DNA from: a virus
Taxonomy: Duplodnaviria > Caudoviricetes
Length of the DNA: 64,000 nucleotides
IMG/VR virus record: IMGVR_UViG_3300025122_000013
Coordinates: 138-64,137 of that record
Direction: 5' to 3' (one strand)
Part shown: piece after piece, positions 35,328 through 44,604 of the stretch
Layout: each line of letters starts with the position of its first letter
Numbering within the stretch: position 1 is the stretch's first letter
The notes under the pieces: model-generated
The model's database searches: none
Seen by the model: only the letters and a program-made list of their open reading frames with translations
What the model was told of the DNA's origin: nothing
Made by a program: the position numbers and the translations under genes

Positions 35328-36767
35328 TCACTTGATTCCGGCTAGCGTCGCCCATCTATTCACCTGATCGTCAGCTGAGTTGGCCGAAGACCGCCCAGTG
35401 ACCTTAGAAGATGATCCGATAGCTCTGCGAACCGAAGATTCATTCATTGATCCTGACTTGCCCTTATCAAAGGATTCCGTCAGGCTCCTGTAAAGTAGCT
35501 TTACTTCTCTCAAGCTTCTAGCATTGTCAATGGACTCAACAACCGACTTTCTCTGAGCCGGTGTTATTTCCTTGCTTTGCAGAAGCTTATTTACATAAAG
35601 AAGCTTAGCATTAAACAGGTTTAGATCTGTCAACTGCTCACGAAGTGTTTCAACAGCACCTCTGTATTCCTTGAGCCTCACCGAGAGAGATCGATTATTA
35701 CGTCTCTCATTTCTAAGTTGTTCTGAAAGAACATTTAACTTAACTTGTAGAGGATCCTTTCCAGGTTTTCCTCCTCCGAAATCTGCGCCTCTTGGCATCT
35801 TACCACCAGAGCCGCCATAAGAATTCTTTACACCAGACTTTCCAGAGCCTTTTCCGCCCCAGCTATCTTGCATGTCGCTCTTTATTCCCTTAATCTTTGT
35901 GAGATCCTTGGCTTCAGAAAGATGCTGTCTGAGACGAACTAGCTCGCTACGAAGAATCTTTTCGTCGATCTCAAATACTTCATCAAGACCTTCAAAATCC
36001 TCCAGCTCAATATCCACCTCTTCTTCTTCTTCAGGAGCCTCTGCAGCCTCAAGATCTTCTTCAGACTCCTCTTCCTCTTCTTCGACTACTCGAATAGTAG
36101 GCATGAGGTCCTCTGGAATCTCGAGATCACCTAAGTCTATCTCTAGCCTTGCCTCATCAAGACTATTAAGTCCTAGCATTGACATAATTTCCTTGATTTC
36201 TTGTGCCTCTGCTTTATCAATTGCATCCATGTTATCTCCAGATTTGAGCGTCTCTAGCTCAGAAAGATCAATTTCGTAAAGATTGTCATCATTCTTAGAC
36301 GACAAATCATTGTTTGGATTATCATCCATATGACTACTTATTCTCTGTGAATCAAAAAGATCATCACTTTCACTAAGTTTATCAGCCATTTTTAAAAGTT
36401 TTTCTCGACTGTCGCCGTCGAGTTCAGATATTGATTCTTTAATTGCATCCCTAACTACGTCCTTGTCAGACACGCTCTTGAAATCATCAGCTCCAAAAAG
36501 ATTCAATAATGCAGACATTGCACTATCATCTAAAATAACTTCACTATTAGATTCTGAAAGATCTGATCCAACTATCTCAGAGGCAACGTCCTGTAATACA
36601 TCTTCATTTGAACCATCATCAGAGGACTCTCCAATTAACTGCTCTTCTATAAACTCTCTTATCTTTGGAGTAACTGCTTCAATAATAGCATTTTTGGCAT
36701 TCTTTTCCGCTGTATCTCTTAACAGCTTCGCCTCTGCTATCGCTTCCTCATAAAGAGATTTTGACAT
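35328..36767 (-). CDS. Prohead core / scaffolding protein (gp22-like)
   Basis: LYEEAIAEAK.L...AEKNAK, acidic middle, LNLFNAKLLYVNKL and C-terminal RWATLAGIK; directly upstream of the capsid gene. Start ATG 36767 behind GAGGA. Confidence 0.8.
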   Translation of the reverse strand: MSKSLYEEAIAEAKLLRDTAEKNAKNAIIEAVTPKIREFIEEQLIGESSDDGSNEDVLQDVASEIVGSDLSESNSEVILDDSAMSALLNLFGADDFKSVSDKDVVRDAIKESISELDGDSREKLLKMADKLSESDDLFDSQRISSHMDDNPNNDLSSKNDDNLYEIDLSELETLKSGDNMDAIDKAEAQEIKEIMSMLGLNSLDEARLEIDLGDLEIPEDLMPTIRVVEEEEEESEEDLEAAEAPEEEEEVDIELEDFEGLDEVFEIDEKILRSELVRLRQHLSEAKDLTKIKGIKSDMQDSWGGKGSGKSGVKNSYGGSGGKMPRGADFGGGKPGKDPLQVKLNVLSEQLRNERRNNRSLSVRLKEYRGAVETLREQLTDLNLFNAKLLYVNKLLQSKEITPAQRKSVVESIDNARSLREVKLLYRSLTESFDKGKSGSMNESSVRRAIGSSSKVTGRSSANSADDQVNRWATLAGIK

Positions 36768-36792
36768 TATTGATCCTCTTCTCAATTAAATA

Positions 36793-37476
36793 TTATGTAT
36801 TTTGTGAATTTGCATGTAGCGTTTCATCAATTTTATTGAAAAGCCTAAGCAATCTAATTCTCTGCCTTAAAATAGATCTCTCTGTGGGATCGAGATTAAA
36901 AATATCGTCCCATCCCATATTCTCTAAATCTTCATCTTCTAAATAGTCAATGGGTGCTCTAGAACTACCATACTGTGTTCCGGCACCGCCCACTTTTCCT
37001 GGACCAGTTGTATTAAATGCTTGACCTGCACCTCCAGTTCCAAGCGGAGGACCATCAAATCCATTTGGATACAATGTTCTATGAGAAAATGGAGCTATTC
37101 CACTCATCACAGCCGGCATATTATCAGACTCAGAAAGGTTTCCTATATCCCATCTCTGGAGACCAACCATACTCCCCCTGTCTGCAGATCCTCTTCTTCC
37201 GACCTGCGGGTCTATTGCAAGGCGATCTCTACCAGTAACTGCGCTAACCTTTGATATTAATTCCATCTCATCTTCATCGATATCCTCAATAAAATCATCC
37301 TCATATTCTTCATATGAAGTTGGCATCTTATATATTCCTGTTTCTGCCCAGCCCATAGATGTCTCTGACCCTAGACCTGTCCCAAAGCTAGGAATTTTTT
37401 GTCCCTTTCCATAGCCATGACCTATCCTTTGATCAGAATTTGCAGTTGAAGGATTATAGTAAAGTCTGGTTGCCAA
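36793..37476 (-). CDS. Hypothetical head-region protein
   Basis: 227-aa Gly-rich/acidic ORF in the head cluster. Confidence 0.55.
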   Translation of the reverse strand: MATRLYYNPSTANSDQRIGHGYGKGQKIPSFGTGLGSETSMGWAETGIYKMPTSYEEYEDDFIEDIDEDEMELISKVSAVTGRDRLAIDPQVGRRGSADRGSMVGLQRWDIGNLSESDNMPAVMSGIAPFSHRTLYPNGFDGPPLGTGGAGQAFNTTGPGKVGGAGTQYGSSRAPIDYLEDEDLENMGWDDIFNLDPTERSILRQRIRLLRLFNKIDETLHANSQNT

Positions 37477-37481
37477 AGAAA

Positions 37482-37973
37482 TTATCCCCTACCGTCAGAT
37501 CCCTGATACGACCTTCCAGAAATATAATCACCCAACTTTTGGTCTGCTATATTTTCTGAAGTCTTAGAGGGAGATACTGTTCCTCCTAGTCCAGACCCGA
37601 ACTCTGGAGCAGATCCATCCGGTAGTTCTCCTGTATATTCTGGTTGATCAGCAGGAAATACGCTTCCTGGACCGGGAGATGAAAGATTTGGAACGTATGG
37701 AGAGGCAGGCTTTCCTCCGCCTCCTGTTTCAACATCTGATAGATCAGGTGCATTAGAAAAATCTCTATTAAATGAATTTAATCCCAGACCTCCCACAACC
37801 GTTCCATCTAGTGCTAGTTCTTGAAAAACTTCTTTTCTTTCATCGTCATTTACATCACCAGCGTAAATTGGAGATGCTGAAAATGATGCTCGTAAATTTA
37901 TACCGTTTCTAGATCCGTATGGCTTATCATCAGATGCAGCCGGTTCAACTATTGTCTGTGGTTGGTCAGCCAT
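37482..37973 (-). CDS. Hypothetical head-region protein
   Basis: 163-aa Pro/Gly/Ser-rich ORF in the head cluster. Confidence 0.6.
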   Translation of the reverse strand: MADQPQTIVEPAASDDKPYGSRNGINLRASFSASPIYAGDVNDDERKEVFQELALDGTVVGGLGLNSFNRDFSNAPDLSDVETGGGGKPASPYVPNLSSPGPGSVFPADQPEYTGELPDGSAPEFGSGLGGTVSPSKTSENIADQKLGDYISGRSYQGSDGRG

Positions 37974-37974
37974 T

Positions 37975-38226
37975 CTATAATTCCTTTAAAAGTCTTATTT
38001 TGAGAATATTTCTAGCTTTTGTAATTCTGTTTGCTCTTCTACGAAGCGTAGATTCTCTTAGGCCAAGAGCTTTAACATAATCAATTTTATTAACTAGGTT
38101 GTCACCACCCGCCCACGCATCATCAACAGTGTCAGAGGATAACAATCCCTCTTTTTCTAATTTCTTCTTTTCTTCGATAACTATTTTTCTAAGAACAGCC
38201 GGTGTTAATGTAGTGTGTCTTGACAT
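37975..38226 (-). CDS. Small head-core-like protein
   Basis: LTPAVLRKIVIEEKKKL and LRES. Start ATG 38226 behind GGAG. Confidence 0.6.
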   Translation of the reverse strand: MSRHTTLTPAVLRKIVIEEKKKLEKEGLLSSDTVDDAWAGGDNLVNKIDYVKALGLRESTLRRRANRITKARNILKIRLLKEL

Positions 38227-38289
38227 ATGATCTCTCCACAAAGTGTCTCAATCATACATATTATGTAATGAAAGAATTAGCTACTCACA

Positions 38290-38766
38290 TTAAGATCTTT
38301 TTGCTGTCGTAGCGAACGCTAAATCTGCCCATTTTTGTGCAGACTCACCGAATAATTCCTGCGGGTCTGATTTAGATGCTACCACAGCTGCTACATCTCC
38401 GGATGCAGCAGTTGGTAGAGATGATCCCCCGGGTCCTGGCCTCTCAGCTCCTGCCTGTTCTTGCAGTGTCGTCATTGCAGTATCAGCCAGTATCGACGAT
38501 AAGACTGGATCGGCTGTCATACTTCTTGTCGTTTCTCTTATATTTTTTTCAAAATTAGGATTTGGAATTTCATCTTTTTGTGAAGTCTTATTATAAACTA
38601 TATTATCAAGCCCAGCTCTTCTATTCACGCTCTGGCTTCTAGATTCGGATCTTACTGATTCTGATATCTGTACCTCTCTATGCTCTCCGATTCCTTCGCT
38701 TAATATCTCTATTAGGCATTCCTTTACTATTCCCTTTAATTTACTTCTAGCAGCTCTAGACATCAA
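38290..38766 (-). CDS. Hypothetical head-region protein
   Basis: LKGIVKECLIEILSEG and several [LI]xE motifs; follows the protease gene. Confidence 0.6.
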   Translation of the reverse strand: MMSRAARSKLKGIVKECLIEILSEGIGEHREVQISESVRSESRSQSVNRRAGLDNIVYNKTSQKDEIPNPNFEKNIRETTRSMTADPVLSSILADTAMTTLQEQAGAERPGPGGSSLPTAASGDVAAVVASKSDPQELFGESAQKWADLAFATTAKRS

Positions 38767-38772
38767 ATTTAC

Positions 38773-39381
38773 CTACCACGACAATATATCATTAAAAATT
38801 CTATCTATTTTATCTGTTTTGGTAAAATTTTTATCAACATCACCGGGGTTTATAGTCTTTCCTTCACTTATCATAAATGCTCCAGGTGTAGAGGGTTCAC
38901 TAACCATATCAAAACAAATCAATTGAAAATCTTCCTGGACAACCTGCCTATCTCCGTCGTTTCTAGTAGAGCCCACACCTCTAGAAGAAATTCCAAGTGT
39001 TACACCAGATTCAACGAGACTTTGAAGTATTTGTCCAGCGGGTGTATTAAGTAGCTCAACATGCCCAACAACAGAATCACCCTCTATGTGTGCTTCTCGG
39101 ACTATATGTGAAACATTTTTCAGTTCTACCACCGAGGAATCCGGATGATCACATTCACCGAGCGCTCGATTCTCTTTAATAAATTTTTGATAATTTAGCA
39201 TCTCTCGCTCTAATATAGATCTGGGATAAACCCTTCCATTCTGATTTAAAGTGTCACATTTTTGTAATACACCTCTTAGAACTATCTTTCCATCGTTTTT
39301 TTCACGAGACTCTTTAATCATATTAGATGTATAAGATAGAGGAGTCCACTCAGTCAAAAGTTTTAATTTAAAATCACTCAT
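38773..39381 (-). CDS. Prohead core protease (T4 gp21-like)
   Basis: NQNGRVYP, ALGECDHP, VSH, TPAGQIL, GISSRGVGS and FDMVSEPSTPGA. Confidence 0.95.
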   Translation of the reverse strand: MSDFKLKLLTEWTPLSYTSNMIKESREKNDGKIVLRGVLQKCDTLNQNGRVYPRSILEREMLNYQKFIKENRALGECDHPDSSVVELKNVSHIVREAHIEGDSVVGHVELLNTPAGQILQSLVESGVTLGISSRGVGSTRNDGDRQVVQEDFQLICFDMVSEPSTPGAFMISEGKTINPGDVDKNFTKTDKIDRIFNDILSW

Positions 39382-40231
39382 ATATCGCCTCCCTTAATTC
39401 TCTCTTTAGTTGAATTAATGTTAAGAACCTGGCTATAGACTCATCATTCATTTCATTTATTGATTCATCATTAATTCTCTGTCTAACTGAATCAATTTTC
39501 TCTAATAAGAAGCCATTATCTGTCTTTTTCTCAAATTCATTTAAACTATTAAGTGTCTGATCTTTAATATTTTGAACTTTTTCTAATATAGATGTTCCAC
39601 CGTCATGTGACATTGAAAAGACATATGACCGTATAATATCTCTCTGTTCTGAACAGAAATTATTTTTATACTTTTCATTAATTTTTTCTGTCATTATTTT
39701 TACAACAAGCGAATCAACGTCATGATCTATATTCTCTTCTATTGTTTGACATTTATCTTTTTCAGATAACATTCTTTCTATAACTTTTGATTCATACTGT
39801 ACAGTTCTTGAAAGATCTGATCTATCGTTTGATCTCCAGTCATTGAGCAGCGTCTGGATTGTCGCATAAACTTGGTATTCTGGAACTCTCCTATGATAGA
39901 ACATCTTGTCGTCTAGAGTGTGATTTATTTCTTTAATAAGAAGAGATTTTTCCCTATCTAGTTTTCTAGAATCACACCTTCTCGCTGCTGATTTTGCCTC
40001 TGTTAAAATTGCAGCTGCAACAGCAGAATCACTTACAGTTGACTTAATTAGTGCATTAAAAAGCCGGAACTCTCTATAGAGCTCGCTGTCCTTGTTAAAT
40101 CTAGATTCAATAATTTTAAGCGTTCTCTTGGCTGACTTCTTATCTCCCTGAATTAACAGGTTTGAAATGTTTCTAAGAAGCAGCTCATAGATTATTCCAA
40201 CATTTCTTTTTTTATTATGATTCCTCGGCAT
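39374..40231 (-). CDS. Hypothetical protein between portal and protease
   Basis: 285-aa helical-looking ORF (HNKKRNVGIIYELL) overlapping both neighbours. Confidence 0.7.
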   Translation of the reverse strand: MPRNHNKKRNVGIIYELLLRNISNLLIQGDKKSAKRTLKIIESRFNKDSELYREFRLFNALIKSTVSDSAVAAAILTEAKSAARRCDSRKLDREKSLLIKEINHTLDDKMFYHRRVPEYQVYATIQTLLNDWRSNDRSDLSRTVQYESKVIERMLSEKDKCQTIEENIDHDVDSLVVKIMTEKINEKYKNNFCSEQRDIIRSYVFSMSHDGGTSILEKVQNIKDQTLNSLNEFEKKTDNGFLLEKIDSVRQRINDESINEMNDESIARFLTLIQLKRELREAIYE

Positions 40232-42245
40232 CGGGTATGCTTCCCTCCTCTGATGAATTTATCTCAGAGATTATAATCCCTTTATTACTTATCCTGCTCT
40301 CAAGTGATTTTAATGTAGATCTTATCTGTGATGTCATTTGTGTGTGATTTTTTATCTTTTCATTAAAGAAATTTGATAAAAATTCATCTTCTGTCAATTT
40401 TGGAATTTTTGCTACATTTCTAAGCGGGTTTTTAGAGTCACTGTTTCTTTGATATTGGGCATTTTTTCTTCCAAATGGATGAAAAAGAGAGTCTGATGCA
40501 TCCTTTCTATCATGACTATGATCTGGTGCCATTTGTGGAGATCTTCTTCTTCTAGGTGAGTTCCATATCACCTCTTTCTCTGCCGGCGTTAACTCTTTAT
40601 CCTCCTCATCATCGTCGTCGTCTTCATCATCGACTATGACCTCAGATAATCTATCAACAGTATTTTGAGCCCTTATGGGTGCATTAACATCTGATATGGA
40701 TAGGCCCGATATATCTATGCTTTCATCTCCTGTTAAAAGGCCTAGCTGATCCTTATTTCTTGTGTCACCTGCCAGTTCCATTTCTGCTGGTACGGGTTCC
40801 TCAACTGCTGCGTCTGCGATTGCCTCTTCTTCTGCACCCGGTAGTCGAACTGCTTCAATTTCCAGATCTTGTTCTTTATCTACAATTCTCTGATCAAGAA
40901 TCTGATCAAGAACCTCATCTGTCATATTAAAGATATTCTTTCTTATCCAGTCTCTACTAACAAGCCCCTCAACACCCACGGCAGATGTAGCTATTTCGAA
41001 TCTTGTTCTATATAATTCCAGCTTCTGCTGTTGTGCAATTGTAGAAGGATTTGATAATTGAAGAGTAAAATCAAGAATATCCTCTCCCTCAAATCCATTA
41101 CAATATAAGTGTATTATTGCCAGCTTATTTAACTCAGCTACAACAGTTCTTTGAATCCTTGCGATCGTCCTAGAAAATCTAATATCCTCTTGAGATAGTG
41201 TTGCTTTTGCTCCCAGACCTTCATCATATCCAAGATATGCTTTTGGAATTTTTAATGCTGCAAATAGCTTTTTCTGTATATATTCAACATCTTCTATGGC
41301 AGTAGCATTTGCTCCTCCAGCAAGAGTGTCAATCTTAGTTCCTGAAGAATCACCTCTCACAGGAAGGTAATAATCTTCATCAACAGAAAGTGGATTATAT
41401 CTAAGATCAACTCTTCCTGTATCTTTATCTACGACCTGTGCTTTCTTTAATGTGGCTTGTACCTGCTCCATATAGTTTGGAATATCCTCTGGCGGAACAT
41501 TTCCAACATCTATATAGAAAACTCTTCTTTCAGGAGACCTAACTACCCTGTAAACAAGCATTGCGTCCTCTACAAGAATAAGCTGTCTCCAGATTCTTCT
41601 TGCTGCCTCGAGAACAGATGACCCATAAGGTAAAAATGCATCATTGCCCAGAATTCTCATATGACAAACTTGCCAATTTTCAAGAACCTGATTCCCCTGA
41701 GTAACCCACCTGAACCTCACTGCCATGGGATCTAGTGGATCAAACCCCTCTTCTCTCTCTACCTCATTTACAGGAATTGGAAACGCATTAATTACGCCGT
41801 GGTCTGGAGATACATCATTGAATAAAAAGAAATCTCCGTACTTACAAAGATTTCTAACCCATGCTGTCAAATTAAATTCCACATTTAAAGTATCATAAAA
41901 TAATTCATCAAGTAATCTTTGAATCGTTGGATTTTCTGAATATATGTGAAGGACTGATCCTTTTTCATCTGCAGAAACTGTCTCCTCAGCGTATATGTCT
42001 AGAGCTGAACTTATCTCTGGTGTATATTCCATCTCAGAGAAGTCTGAATATCTAGCCATCCTATCATATGTTCCATATGCACTCATTGCTGTGCTATAGA
42101 CATGGCTCTGGGTCTTTCTAAAGACCTCGAATGCAGACGTTTGCTTGGATGACTTGCTAAAGTCACGTACCTTTCTCTTTATGACAGGCCCGCTTCTAAA
42201 CAGCTGTGTTAGACGTCTAAATAATGTTTGGCTTTCCTGTGCCAC
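40215..42245 (-). CDS. Portal protein (T4 gp20-like)
   Basis: EDAMLVYRVVRSPERRVFYIDVGN, EDYYLPVRG, IDTLAGG, YIQKKLFAALKIP and EDIRFSRTI. Confidence 0.96.
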   Translation of the reverse strand: MAQESQTLFRRLTQLFRSGPVIKRKVRDFSKSSKQTSAFEVFRKTQSHVYSTAMSAYGTYDRMARYSDFSEMEYTPEISSALDIYAEETVSADEKGSVLHIYSENPTIQRLLDELFYDTLNVEFNLTAWVRNLCKYGDFFLFNDVSPDHGVINAFPIPVNEVEREEGFDPLDPMAVRFRWVTQGNQVLENWQVCHMRILGNDAFLPYGSSVLEAARRIWRQLILVEDAMLVYRVVRSPERRVFYIDVGNVPPEDIPNYMEQVQATLKKAQVVDKDTGRVDLRYNPLSVDEDYYLPVRGDSSGTKIDTLAGGANATAIEDVEYIQKKLFAALKIPKAYLGYDEGLGAKATLSQEDIRFSRTIARIQRTVVAELNKLAIIHLYCNGFEGEDILDFTLQLSNPSTIAQQQKLELYRTRFEIATSAVGVEGLVSRDWIRKNIFNMTDEVLDQILDQRIVDKEQDLEIEAVRLPGAEEEAIADAAVEEPVPAEMELAGDTRNKDQLGLLTGDESIDISGLSISDVNAPIRAQNTVDRLSEVIVDDEDDDDDEEDKELTPAEKEVIWNSPRRRRSPQMAPDHSHDRKDASDSLFHPFGRKNAQYQRNSDSKNPLRNVAKIPKLTEDEFLSNFFNEKIKNHTQMTSQIRSTLKSLESRISNKGIIISEINSSEEGSIPDAEES

Positions 42246-42253
42246 CTAAATCC

Positions 42254-43879
42254 TCACTTATAAATCCAGTCAAATTCTTTTGCTAGCCTCATCTTGCTAT
42301 TCCACCCTGCAGATAAAGAATTTTTTCTCTTATTTTCAGATCCTTCCTTAGGATTTCTAGATGGAGCACTATGAGGTCTTCCCTCTGTTATCGCACCAGG
42401 CATATCATCATACGAATTTCTTGTCATTTTCATACTTTTAAGCATAGCATCATTTAGCTCCTTTGAATGCTTGCTATGATCAGATGAGCTATCAAATAGC
42501 CACATTCCAATTGCAAAGCTTATTACAAGATCGTCGTTATACCCTTTCATTGCCTTCGCTTTGTTTCCAGCCCACGTGAAAGTCTTTAGTTCCTCATAAA
42601 ATCTACTTGAATATATCTTAACATTTTTATTTCTAATTGTCTCTTCTAATTTAGATAATATTAAATTTCTAGTCTTTCCGCTCGTTGTAAAACCTGCTAT
42701 ATCACTATCTTTTGTTGGAACATAGTTTCCTATAAATACAGACTTTCTTTTCTTATGATACAAGTTTGGATAATCAAGATCCTTTAGCTTAATAATTGTA
42801 GCGAATCCATAGCTATTATTTTCAGGACAAAGAAGCGCATCGTTATATTTTTTTCCAAATTCAAATAATAATTCTCCAAATCTATCGGGAGGAATTTTTC
42901 CTCTATACTCTGCAACACACTCTCCTTCTCCGACATCAATGACGTGAAAAGTTGAAAAATCCTTAGAATCTCCCCTTGCAACATCAGCAGATATAATATA
43001 GGAATGTTCTGACAGTGCATGCTTCCATACCCACACATTCATATCATGCCCAGCTCTTTCTATAGGAGATTTACACATTTCTCTTACCCACTCTATATCT
43101 CCGGGTGTTAGAAATGTTTCTCCTGATGAGGCAAAGTCACACAGATACTCTTGAGAAATCTGTCTATGTGATAAATTTTTGGTCGTCTTATCAAACCAGT
43201 CCTGACCTCTCTCAGGATGAACATCCCATTGAAGCTTAACTGAGATAAATTCATTAGATCGCTTCTCTGCGTCTGTGTAGAGTTTATAATACTGTCCGCC
43301 CACACCATTTGGAGTTGAAAGAAGTATTACGCGCCCACCTGTGGAAACTGTGGGGTATAGCCCAGTCCACAGCGTATCAAAATCTCTAACAAATGCTGCT
43401 TCATCAACAATTAATAGAGATAGTGCTTCTGATCGACCTGCGTCATCAGATGTAGGAATCGCCTTTATAGATGATCCATGGCTAAACTCTATAAGCTGCT
43501 TATTATTTGTGACTATTTCTGGAAGAACTATCCACTTTGGAAGACTTCTAATCATAGTCTTAACCTTGGTAATAAAGTTTTGTGCGACGCTTAGCTTTGT
43601 TGCAATAATAAGAATATTCTTGTCTTTTTGAAATAGGGCCATCCATACCGCATATGCTGCAACAAGTGTAGACATTCCAAGCTGTCGTGACTTTAATATA
43701 ATTGTAAATCTATTTTCCAAGAATGTCTCAACACAATCATCTTGAAAATCATAAGTATCAAATCCTATTAGACCCCTAACTGGGTGCTGTATCTTAAGAT
43801 AGGAATTGAAAAAATACACAGGATCCTTACCAGATTTGATAATCTCCGATACCTGCCTAGATTTATTGACCCTTGACAT
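42254..43879 (-). CDS. terL: Terminase large subunit (T4 gp17-like)
   Basis: KSRQLGMST, LIVDEAAF, LSTPNG, ADVARG..DFS, PENNSYG and NDDLVIS. Confidence 0.96.
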   Translation of the reverse strand: MSRVNKSRQVSEIIKSGKDPVYFFNSYLKIQHPVRGLIGFDTYDFQDDCVETFLENRFTIILKSRQLGMSTLVAAYAVWMALFQKDKNILIIATKLSVAQNFITKVKTMIRSLPKWIVLPEIVTNNKQLIEFSHGSSIKAIPTSDDAGRSEALSLLIVDEAAFVRDFDTLWTGLYPTVSTGGRVILLSTPNGVGGQYYKLYTDAEKRSNEFISVKLQWDVHPERGQDWFDKTTKNLSHRQISQEYLCDFASSGETFLTPGDIEWVREMCKSPIERAGHDMNVWVWKHALSEHSYIISADVARGDSKDFSTFHVIDVGEGECVAEYRGKIPPDRFGELLFEFGKKYNDALLCPENNSYGFATIIKLKDLDYPNLYHKKRKSVFIGNYVPTKDSDIAGFTTSGKTRNLILSKLEETIRNKNVKIYSSRFYEELKTFTWAGNKAKAMKGYNDDLVISFAIGMWLFDSSSDHSKHSKELNDAMLKSMKMTRNSYDDMPGAITEGRPHSAPSRNPKEGSENKRKNSLSAGWNSKMRLAKEFDWIYK

Positions 43880-44259
43880 TATTCACATTTAAAATTGGTA
43901 AATCTTCTATAGTATGCAGTTTTTCTTGGTGTGAAGGGTGAAGATGTTATCATCTCAACACTATCACTTGTTCCTAAGCTTTTAGCGCTTAATGATCTTC
44001 CCGATCCCTCTTTAAACTGCCTTTTTACATTCTTCATAAATTCATTTGTAATTTTTATAGATTCATCTTCAAACACTCTTACCTGATCTCTTAGGTTTCT
44101 TTCTGATGCTAGGTGAACAACTGTGACATACGAAACAGAAAGTGTGTCACCAGAAAGTGAAGCCTTAACAGACATTGTTGGAGATGAAATTGTTGAACTT
44201 TTTCCCCATGTTGAATCTAAAATTTGACCAAGAACGTTAACTTCTTCAGTACTAAACAT
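43879..44259 (-). CDS. Hypothetical protein translationally coupled to terL
   Basis: 126 aa, AGGAG SD, TAATG stop/start overlap with terL. Confidence 0.65.
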   Translation of the reverse strand: MFSTEEVNVLGQILDSTWGKSSTISSPTMSVKASLSGDTLSVSYVTVVHLASERNLRDQVRVFEDESIKITNEFMKNVKRQFKEGSGRSLSAKSLGTSDSVEMITSSPFTPRKTAYYRRFTNFKCE

Positions 44260-44286
44260 AATAACTCCTGTTACTAATTATTGTGA

Positions 44287-44604
44287 TCATTCAAAAATAA
44301 AAAATGAAGATGCCTGTTTTATTATTTCTTTATGAGATAAAACTTCCTCATCTGACGGTCTCCAGCCTGATAACCACTTTTCTCTCATAGGTTCAGCCCA
44401 TTTCATTCCACATTCAGAACAACACTTGAATCTTCTAATATAACTATAATCATCCGCTGTATTCATTGTAATTTGGCATACTGGACAAAATAGATAAGAT
44501 TTTTCTTCTCTATCTTCTGTTATTATCACAAACTTATCTCTATACTCATATTTCTTTCCCGAGCTTGATTCTTTAAGGATGGGAAACTTTTGTATTTTTT
44601 TCAT
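44287..44604 (-). CDS. Small Zn-finger protein
   Basis: CPVC...CCSEC and W..GWRP. Confidence 0.65.
   Translation of the reverse strand: MKKIQKFPILKESSSGKKYEYRDKFVIITEDREEKSYLFCPVCQITMNTADDYSYIRRFKCCSECGMKWAEPMREKWLSGWRPSDEEVLSHKEIIKQASSFFIFE

Noticed and set aside
1-43879. Inteins or introns in RNR, helicase, RecA or terminase
   Set aside because: Lengths and motif spacing are normal; no intein splice motifs or homing endonuclease domains were seen.
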